Below the pieces are notes generated by a model that was given only the letters and a program-made list of their open reading frames with translations, had not been told where the DNA came from and made no database searches. The position numbers were made by a program, and so were the translations under genes. DNA of 64,000 bases from Marsupella aquatica (lineage: Eukaryota; Plantae; Marchantiophyta), in assembly GCA_973895155.1 (NCBI GenBank), contig OZ316895.1, forward strand, positions 11,024,184-11,088,183. The letters are read 5' to 3'. How positions within the stretch are numbered: the first letter of the stretch is position 1; every line of letters starts with the position of its first letter. Positions 1 through 9,474 of the stretch are shown piece by piece.

Positions 1-1509
1 GTTTTTCATAAGTACAATAAGCGATAGTACAATTGAGATTGAAGTAGAGATGTGAATGATCTGCACTAACATTTAGCAATCTGTTTTCCAGGTCTTACTT
101 CAACAAGCGTGCGAATGGGAAATACTTCAAACTAGGCATGTGAATACGTATAGCTCTTCAAATATGCGGATGGGAACTCTGTTCTGTTTTCTTAGCAGAT
201 GTGGTTGACAAATACCAGCCATGGAAGCATATTCTTAGAGACTTACTCGAAAATTTGTGGTCGAGAACTTGTGGCCATTTAGAACTAAGTCTACTATCTA
301 AAGCGACAGATATGGCTAGAGTGGGAGACTGCGGCACCTATTCGGAAGAACAGGCTGACTGTTTTGGAATTCTGTAACAGTGAGATTAGAAACCTCACAG
401 GTTAGTACATCAGTCATTCAGCTTAGACTGAGAAGCTGAATGACTGAGAATCCTCTTCATTTTGCTAGTTGGTGTTCTACTGATGCTGATCTCTTAGTCC
501 GTCTAACAATTGGTCCCATGACTCTATTGGTCGCTCTGGATCATATACACTAAGTAATTTTAATTCCTTAGATGATATGTTAAGAAATGTCCTTCCCTCA
601 ATGAGGGCACGTAAAGATGCCCGCATCAGAGCTTTCTCCAGACTCAAGCTTGCCTCTCATCTGGAGATTTAAAGCTACACTGACTTCGTAGACGAAGTCA
701 AATATGGTCAACCAGGTATGTGAGGTATTTAAAGTTGAACAAATTGGCACTGAAAGAAATTGGAGACTGACGGCCCTGAGAGTTAGTGCACAGTGGGCAC
801 AAGACTCTTTCAATCCGAAGATTGAGCATTAAACGTATGAAACACTCATAAGCCTTGAAAATTCAAAACATTCGCTTCAAAGGTTCTATTGCCATCCTCC
901 ATGGGGGTCACACTGTCCGCTCCGACAGAGACTCAATGGTCAAATTTTCAGCTTCTCAAACTAGGAAGATTCCTGCGGAAATGTCAATGGTTAACGCTAA
1001 AGACATTTAAAGACAGTAGTCCAGACACACGGGCCCCTTAAAGTCCACCGGCAGGTATGTCCGATGTGATTAGTAGCTGTACAAGTGGGACACGCCCATT
1101 TGCAAGCTCGGTACAACCTGCACGAGAGGACTGCGAAGGATACTTTTGAGGAATATGATTCTACACAACGTACAGAACTACAATAAAAATGGAAGTTAGT
1201 AAGGAATTGAGAATAACGCTAGTAGATGGAAACGACGGAAAAAGATACAAGATCATCATCGGTGTAAAATCCACTTGAACTGAGCTACTGGCTTTCCCAC
1301 TGCCATTTGCCGCCTGTCAAGCCTTGGGTGGGCTATGAAGTGGCCCAAATACCGCAGCACTTGAATCGCGTAATTCGAAAAACATTTCTATATAGGAGCG
1401 ATTTCAAACACTTCGTGTTCTTATTCCGCTGCAATCTATGGTTCTCACGAGGTACAAGTTACCATAGTTGACATAAGTAACAGAATTGGAAACCAGGATC
1501 GGTCGACGA

Positions 1510-1614
1510 ATGGTCCAAGAGAAATTACTGAATCTTCAACTGAGCGGTGCTTCCATTCTGAAGAGTGGTCCAGAGAAACTACTGAATCTTCAATTGAACG
1601 GTGCTTCCATTCTG
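1510..1614. repeat. Short tandem duplication (~53 bp unit x2)
   Basis: tggtcca(a)gagaaa(t/c)tactgaatcttcaa(c/t)tga(g/a)cggtgcttccattctg occurs twice back to back. Confidence 0.8.
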
Positions 1615-3479
1615 CGGGTAACTCCTTCCGTGCATGACTAGTCGATCAATATACGATATGATATGGATGCACGGACAAATAAGGGATGATGGATGGAATA
1701 CTTGTCAACACAGACAATGTTGAGAGTCACTTGACGGACAATCATTCCAACCCACATTCCTTAGTCAACCACGCCTCCACATCGTGCCGTACCCATATTG
1801 ACCGAAGATTACTGCTGCTTCAAATCTAAAGAATAACGCAGATCTCCAATGACTGCATCTGCCAATGTATCGTGCTTCACACCGGGCGAAGTAATGGCAA
1901 CATAGAAGCAACATCGACTCATCGTGACAACATCATGGAAAGATACGGCTCTCCACGCAATCCTAGAGCCCCAGTCTCACGACACGCTGGATAAAGCCGA
2001 TTGAAGAATAAATCTCATCCACTCCCCTATGATTCCGCCCTACTCTTGAGTCCGGTCTAAATGAAAGGCTGGACTGGACGTAGCTGAAGACAACTTATCA
2101 CCGTCCACTCATTGAACTTTATTGTGCCTACTCTTCATAGTTAGCCACAGATGAATTCTGTTCACATGACACTCAAGTCTTCAGTAACGTTGGAATCTTA
2201 CTACACCTAAGACGCATCATTCGCCTGCTAGTTAAGTTCCAGTCCTGTGAGCTCCCGTACTGAATGCACGACTGAACGCTAGAATAAGATCCTCGATGGG
2301 AGTAACTCCAACAGAAAACGTAGTGCTTCATGGCATGGTGCTCTCGACTGTACTGAGCTTGAAAATATTGTCATGATCATACAGGGACCTGATGAATGCC
2401 AGGTTACAAGTTCCATAAAAGTTCCCCAAGGAGGAAAAGTGAAGTACAGTACTTGTGAGTGCATTAAAAATCACAAGTGAGCGGTGAGTGTCATTCGTTT
2501 GAGGGGAATGAGGTGAATGTGTATTCTACAGTGGATTCTCGGAACCACAGAAACGATGTAGGTACAGTGGATCATTGGAACCACAGAAAGGATGTACAGT
2601 GGATTGTGTAACGACGGTAGGAGCCAATAGCGAACGGATTAGACAGTGTCGCGGTTATCTTGGAAGATATCGAGATAAAGGAAGTGACGGGAGAAAAGAA
2701 GTAGTGAAACAAAGAGAATCATACATACTTTTTTTTATTCATGTGACTCTCTATATTTGTCTTTTCTGAACTGTTTGCTATGTTTGAAGTATTCCCACAT
2801 GGTGGTGACCACTCCGGCCCCAGTTTGTCAGAACATAAATCAATATTCTAACATTTTGTCGCCTGCTCTGGCCCGATCAACTTTGTGTCATCAACTTCTG
2901 GTTTATGTTTTGGCACCCTTCACTATCTGTCACCCACTTCGGCCTGATCGACTTGTGCCATAACCTTTTTGGAGAGAAGTGTTGCCAAAACATAAAACAC
3001 AGCTCCACAGAGAATGAGTATTTTGGACAACATAAACCAAGACTCTATTAATCATGATCTCTCTGACGGGGCCAATGGTCCCAAGGAATGATTTTAAAGG
3101 GTAGTAGTGACGCACACATGTAAATAAATAGATTTGTGTCAAGTTTTTTTTTTTACAACCTTGCCAACAATACTTTATGCGCAATATACATAAGGTAAGT
3201 AGTGATATTTTTTCCAGGTCCTCTTAATTTTAGTTATCGGGCCAAGCCTCAGAGTAGGGGGGGTTGGCCACTGGCCGGTCCGGGCCAAGGCATGTGCCCT
3301 ATTGCCATTCCATGCTGGAGCCGGGGGATTATCTAGCTTAAATACATTTTTATCACCAGCCCTAGTATTTGCGCATGGGGGCCGGTCGAAGGAGTTAGTG
3401 GCCAAGCGCCGCATGAGGTGCCCCGGTCAGCAACACGGACCCTAGCACAAATTAGCCCCGGCCAAAAAGAGCTGGCCAT

Positions 3480-4310
3480 AGCAAGCCAGGGGGCCCGAAG
3501 AAGGGAGCCGGCCAAGGGGAGGCCCGCCCTTAGTTTATAGGGGCACAAAGGGGGGTTAAATTCCCCTTTCCAAAGAAGCCGGCCAAGGGCAGGAGGCCCG
3601 GGAGAAGGAAGCCGGCCAGGAAGAGCAGAAGCGGAGCCGGCCCGGGAAGGCGCAAGGGCAGGAGGCCTGGGAGAAGGGAGCCGGCCAAGAGGAGGCCCGC
3701 GCGAAAGCGGGTCGGCCATAAAGACTCCCATAGGGGCGCGTGCCAAAGGGTGCACGAAGGGGCAAAGAAAGGGGAGGGCTCGGCCATAAGGGAGCGAGCA
3801 CAGGGCGCTGGGCCCCCAAAGCACGAACCAGGGGGGTCGTCCATAAAGGCGCCCATAGGGGCGCGCGCCAGAGGGAGTGCGAAAGGGCGAAGCGAGGGGG
3901 AGGGGAGTAATAAATGCCCGACCTTGGGAGAGCAGGCATGTAAGGAGGAAGGGGGGAAGGGAATTAAAATCCCCCAAACCCTGGAGGAGAAGGTTCGAAG
4001 GGGGAGGGGAGGCAGTTAAAGGTCCCTGGATCCCAGGGGGATCCCCCTAATTTGGAGGCGTAGATACAAGGAAGCTGGTGGGGAGGCGCAAATAAAAGCC
4101 CCCAAATGGGGCAGGGCAGGTACAAGCGAGGCAGGGGGAGGAGTCTTAAAGACTCCCCAAGCTTGGAGGCTCCCCGCACTTGGGGGGAGGCCTCGGCCAT
4201 GGGGATCTGCACCCTGAAGGAGGAGGCGAGTAGGTGAGGAGGGGCTAATAAAAGCCCCCATATCCTAGAGGATTTTCAAAGCCTCGGTGGAGGCCCGGCC
4301 ATTAGGAGAA
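3480..4310. repeat. GC/purine-rich degenerate tandem repeats inside the element (G-run rich)
   Basis: Repeated g(g/a)agccggccaagg / ggcaggaggcc(c/t)gggagaagg(a/g)agccggcc, ccataaag(a/g)c(t/g)cccataggggcgcg and aaagccccca motifs. The overlapping minus-strand P/L/G-rich ORFs are by-products of this. Confidence 0.75.
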
Positions 4311-5509
4311 AATTTGGGGGGGAGGAGCGACTTATTTAAGTCGCTCATTTCTAACTCCTTTCCTCAAGTTTTTTTTGCGCTCCTCACTCATTGCCGAAAC
4401 TCATTTTCTCTTCTCATCAACCTTCCCCTTTGTGTCATGTTCTACCTCTATTTTCCTTGAGTAATTTTGAGAGCGGCCGTGTAGTGAGCTGGAGTGGGGA
4501 TCGACAAGGGCTTGGAGAGGGAACCTGATTTATTTTATCGTGGTTGGTTACGGGGGCCGCACGAGGCCAAGCTCTGGGAATTGAGGAACGGGAATCAGTC
4601 ACCGGTTGTGCTCTTGAGGGGGAGTGGGGTGGATGAGATCCCAAGACAGACCTGAGTTCACCAACCCTCGCATTAGGAGATACAAGGCAGCCTACCGGGA
4701 GTACATCGCTTTGCAGCTAGCCAGAGAAGAAGAAGAGAAATTGGCAACTAGGGCCACAATGTCAGGGACTAGTGAAGCACCCATGTCACGAAGGACTCAA
4801 CAACGTTCATACCCCAAGACATTGGCCAAGCTTCTGGATGATAGCCGTGAATTGTTTGAATCCATCGGGATTATCAATTTAATGCGAGTGGACATGCGTG
4901 CTCCAATGGATAGGCATTGGAAGTTTGAGGATGGGATGGAATTACGGGATGATGGATTGTACTTTGCATGCATCAAGCGCACCCTCCCTCATGACAAAAT
5001 TGACTCGGTTGCTGATGTTGCACAACCAGGACCTGACATTCTACCCCATGGAGCCACCAAGGACACTCACATTGGAAGAGTTGGCCATGTACGTGAAGGA
5101 GGCTATCTCTGTGGTACACATTTCCCTTGCATCCTTCAAGGACCCAGCGCTTAGGGGTTTTGTTGGAAAGGTCCATCAACGGATACTCAGCCGGGTGCAA
5201 TCAGGTATAATTACAGGGGAACACTTGGCCATTGCATTGGACATCAACCAGCACCCGGAGCACACATACGGATGGTGGGTGTTTGGTTTGAGGAAAATGC
5301 TGACCGCAGATCGCAAAGGCCACAAACCTGGAGGAATCATCCATTTTCTTGGGTCATTTCTCTTGAACAGGATGGAGGGGCTCATCTCAATTCCCAAGCC
5401 AGAGGAAGGAGTATTGCCCTCCTTCCCCACCGTCTTACGAAAGATTGCCACCACCATTGTGCAGAATTTGACCACGGATTCCACCAAGGAGCTGGCCACT
5501 GATGTCGTG

Positions 5510-5805
5510 CTCGGGGGTCTCACTACATGGATGCCTCCCCATCACTTGCGACGTTTTTAGGCCTCGGACCCCCTAAAATGTAAGAAATGTTTTTAATTTT
5601 TCAACCCCTATAAAGTTGGAATATTCTTGGAATATTCCAAAAATTTGGTTATAAGGACCTAATGTTCTTATAAGTCTCAAAATTGGATTTAAAAGACCCT
5701 ATTGTTCTTCTCCAAAAATTCTTAAGTCTTCCCTTTGAACCAATAAAATGACCCTATACTTCGTCGCACGTGATATGCCATTTTGGGGGAAGTGAAACCC
5801 CCGAG
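5510..5805. mobile_element. MITE, 296 bp, 15-bp TIR, 8-bp TSD (hAT-like TSD length)
   Basis: TIRs CTCGGGGGTCTCACT / AGTGAAACCCCCGAG (14/15 match). TSD ATGTCGTG at 5502-5509 and 5806-5813. AT-rich interior. Second copy at 40324-40590. Confidence 0.92.
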
Positions 5806-6554
5806 ATGTCGTGGTGGAGGGGGCACCGGACAAAGAGGAGGATATGGATGAAGAGTTTACCATGAAATGGTTGGAGTCCTTGATTGGTAATCTCGAGGAG
5901 CCCATTGTGTATGACATTCCAGAGGTATACTTGGCGGAATTGCAAGAGTACCGTGATGCTATTAACGAGGGCTGGCAATTGTGCAAAGCCATGAAGTGGG
6001 CTCTGAGTAGGGCCAATGCTAAGGTGGCCACCTTGCAAGTTGGGCACAAGGTGCTGAAGGAGGTCATACTGTCCAAGGAGAAGACTATTCAAGAGAGGAG
6101 TAGGTTGTTGAAGCAAGCCTATGACCAAGTTGGCCACTTGCAAGGAGGCCGAGGAAGTAGTTGCTTTGAGGAAGGAGCTGGTAACGATGAAGCAAGCCGA
6201 AAAGGGTGTGGATGCCCTCAAAAAGCAGATTTCAGAGTTGCATGGCCAGGTGAGTGCTTATGAGACAAGGGCCAAGAGAGCCGATGCCCTGAGTCTAGGG
6301 AAGAGGAAGAAGCCCTGTCCACCCGATGTTACTCCCGTTGCTTGCCAGAGATGTTGGCCAAGGCCATTGATGCAGTGGTCATCGAAGTAACCAAGACTTA
6401 CGGGCCAATGTTGGAAGCGGCCAAGAAGGACAAGGAGAAGTGCAAGACCTTGGAGAGTAAGTTGAAGTCAACCCGCAAAGCACTAAGGAACGCAATGTCT
6501 GGCCAGGGAACCGTTGGTATGCCACCTAGGTCGGTGACCCCGGGAACTCCCATG

Positions 6555-6861
6555 TGTAGAGGTTAACTCAGTCTTGGGTTGAACTATGGTTAGTATGTTA
6601 ACTAGGGTTAGAGTAAACCCTAGTTGAAGAGTTGGTCCTTATCTCTTCAACTTCTATGTGGTGTGAGAACACACAAGAGAGTTCTTAAGAGAGAACACAG
6701 TGATATAGCAAGAGATGAGAGCTATGGTGATGCTTGAGTAGACACATAACCGTTAATAAAGCTTGGTCTTCCCATGGACGTAGCCAACCTTGAGGCGAAC
6801 CACGTAACTATTGAGCACGTGTATGTTTGGAGTGTTTTTCCTGATCTGATTTCTCCCCACA
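6555..6861 (+). mobile_element. Solo LTR (307 bp, copia-like)
   Basis: TGTAGAGG...CCCCACA with TSD CCATG at 6550-6554 and 6862-6866. Carries cccatggacgtagcc...ggcgaaccacgta, a motif shared with the copia LTRs at 9475/12232/24835. Confidence 0.9.
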
Positions 6862-9474
6862 CCATGGCCATGGGCCAAGTCTTGCCACTGGAATTGCAGG
6901 GTGATGAGGAGACAACGTTGTGGAAGGACACCATCGGTCACAGATACATCAGGGCTTGGCAGGCTTTGGCGGCATTACGGAAGCAAGGAACCTCGAGCCA
7001 AACGTTGGGAAGGGCCACCCCGGGGAAGAGTAGGGGAGGAGGTGTTGCATCTACCCAGGGGGGCAGTGAGGCCAATGATGACTCTCGGGGATGGAGCCTT
7101 GGCACCGTAAGTGAGTCCGAGGAAGATTAGTGGCGGTACGGATGTTGACCGTACGGAGGTTGGTTTTGGGCACATTTCCGACTGGCCAACTCATGGGCTT
7201 ATTGGAAGGAGCTCGTCGAGCTGAATCTAACAATGTAAGACACGCCTCAAACGGAATTAAAATGAGAGAGATACGGACCAGAGCGTTTTGGTGAAAAATT
7301 GAGGTCCGACGCCGTACGGACGTCCGTACGGCCTTCAGGAAAGTGACCCGGCCAAGTCAGGGCAGGCGGCCATGGCCAGGGTACCTCAATTTGATGTCGT
7401 GATGGGAGGCCGGGGCCGTACGGACAACCGGGAGGTGACGGTGGCCGAGGTAGAACTCAAGACTCGATAGGTCATATCTCGGGCGTCTGCTGTCCGTTTT
7501 GGGAGCCGTTTTGGGGGTTACGATCAGGATGGCCGTAGCTACTCAGAAAAGTTCTCAGGACCAAATTTAGAGCAACTTCTATTTTTGACTATTTTCATGG
7601 CCAGGGTAGTGGAAGGCATTGGCCACCATGTAGTAAGGAGGTAGGTCATGGCCTACTCATATAGGACTTAGTTTAGTTTTGTTTAGGTGATGTGATGGCT
7701 GACGAAGGCACCGTTGGCCTCACTTAGGTAGCAATAGGGTTAGGAGTGCATGTGTGTGCCGCATGTGTAGAAAACTTTTAGGTTAGCGGCGCCGCCAGTG
7801 GATGGCGTCCAGCCAAGGCAGTGGCCGCCGCCACACCCTAGGGCTTGTGTGTTCACGCATTGTTATTTTCGGTATTTAACCAGCAGCCCCCGGTAGGAGC
7901 AAGGGGGGGAACTCAGTCTAGTGTTGTTTTTGTGAGGATTAGCCTTCAACAAGAATAGGGAATTGATCCGGAGTATTGAGGTGGAGAGGGCTCATTGTCC
8001 CGTGAGGCAGGAGTTGGGTAGACGGTAGGGGACTGGGTTGCCCATCCAATGTGTTACCTTGGCCACTAATAGATATGGATTCGGTTGGATTTTCATGACT
8101 TCTTGTGTGTTGTTCCCCCTCTTGGTTGCACGATTGTGTTCTTCCCCAGTATGAGTATTTAGAGAAACTTACATGGCTTGGTTGACCCTGTGAGTGGGAG
8201 AGTGGTGACAGCACTTTGCCAAAGGCCAGGAGGAGTAGAAACAAGGTAGTCCACGGGACTTGATCAAAAGCAAAGTACGTATAGTCGGTAGACTTGATCA
8301 AAATATACATTTCCGGGAGCGGAAACGAATCTACTCATCCTTAGTAGGAAATTGATCCACATAGCGTCCCTCCACGTCCCCGTCATACGATACAAACAAT
8401 TTTTAGTGGAACCATGTGGTGCTTGTTGTGTTAGTCGTTTGATAAGCAGGTGACAATCTCATTCAAAGTATTAGGCTCCCCTTGAACACTTAGACTCTAT
8501 CATGAAATAGGTATGACTCCATTGGAAAGAAGTGTTGCCAGAACATAAACCATGGCTCCATCAAGAAGAAGCATTTGGCAAAATATCAACCAAGACTCTA
8601 TCAATTATGACTCTTAACCAAAATACTAGGGTCTGCCTAAACACTTAGGCTCCATTACCAAGCAAGCATGACTCGGTTGAAAAAACATGTTGCCCAAAAC
8701 ATAAATCACAACTCCATAGAGAATAATTATTTGGCATAACATAAACCAAGACTCTATCAATCATGACTCTTAACCAAAGTACTCAGCTCCTGAACACTTA
8801 GACTCTGTTACAAAGCAAGTATGACTCCGTTAGAATGAAGTGTTGCCAGAACATAAACCACAACTCCACACCAAAGAAGTTGATGAGACAAAGTTGATTG
8901 GGCCAGAGTGTGCAACAAAAAGTGAACAGTGCCAAAACATAAACCCAAAGTCAGTGATACAAAGTTGATCGGGCTGGAGCAGGCAACAAAATGTTAAAGT
9001 ATGGCTTTATGTTCTGGAGAACTTGTGCCGGAGTGAGCAACAGCATTGGGACTGGGACAGGCAGTGTACGGCACCCCAGGAAGAAGTAGATTTAACTCAC
9101 AGTATTCTCTATATTATTGTGTGTTTTCTAAACTGTGTGCTTTGCTTCAAGTATTGGATTCTCTATATTTTGTGTTTTCTAAACTGTTTTCTGTACTTCA
9201 ACTGAAGTACTTAGATTGAAGCCACTATGGACCATGAAGGTTTGCCAAAATGCTTAGATAGGCTTTGGCAATCTGGATGGACTATAGTGATTCAAAACTC
9301 TCTTTCCTGCTTATATAGTACATACTACACCCTGACTGAAATGTGACCAGAGAACTAGACATGGGATCTTTGAATTTTGCCAAATTCTCCAACTAAATTT
9401 GAGGATATTGGGCTTGTTGGAAATATCTTCCCAAGCCATTACTGATAAACGCAAAAGTTTCAAAACCGCAATGT

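Larger units (their letters stand above)
4633..7130 (+). pseudogene. Disrupted TE accessory ORF (~620 aa reconstructed): N-terminal globular domain, central coiled-coil, low-complexity tail
   Basis: ORF pieces 4624-5154, 4898-5560, 5811-6263, 6121-6390, 6342-6566 and 6774-7130 join into one frame. This needs removal of the MITE+TSD (KELATDVV|VEGAPDKEE) and the solo LTR+TSD (PGTPM|AMGQV), plus 3 frameshifts near 4985, 6120 and 6340. Resemblance to plant retroelement 'putative transposon protein' ORFs is inference. Confidence 0.75.
3064..8385 (+). mobile_element. TG...CA-bounded retrotransposon-derived element (large LTR or deletion derivative) carrying an accessory ORF
   Basis: Termini TGACGGGG (3064) and CCCCGTCA (8385) are perfect 8-bp inverted repeats of LTR type. 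The element interrupts the host tandem array and contains GC-rich repeats and one disrupted ORF. No gag/pol and no matching TSD (ctctc vs tacga). Confidence 0.55.
2810..9035. mobile_element. Non-autonomous long-TIR DNA element (CACT-ended) with an internal ~160 bp tandem-repeat array, interrupted by nested insertions
   Basis: 2810-2972 (cactccggcccc...) is an imperfect reverse complement of 8871-9035 (...gtgccggagtg), roughly three-quarters identical by eye. The unit aagtgttgcca(a/g)aacataaa...gactctat(t/c)aatcatga occurs at ~2975-3058 and again at ~8528, ~8687 and ~8838. No TSD recognised. Confidence 0.65.

Noticed and set aside
1-2500. Coding-looking composition with short ORFs
   Set aside because: All frames examined are interrupted by stops and no motif was recognised. 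It could be a very old pseudogene or TE but cannot be supported.
3333-4261. Overlapping 80-214 aa minus-strand ORFs
   Set aside because: P/L/G/A-rich translations of GC-rich tandem repeats, open in several frames at once.
5553-5805. GT...AG interval whose removal restores the TE ORF frame (introner-like)
   Set aside because: Splice contexts are weak. The TIR plus 8-bp TSD at 5510-5805 explains the insertion better.
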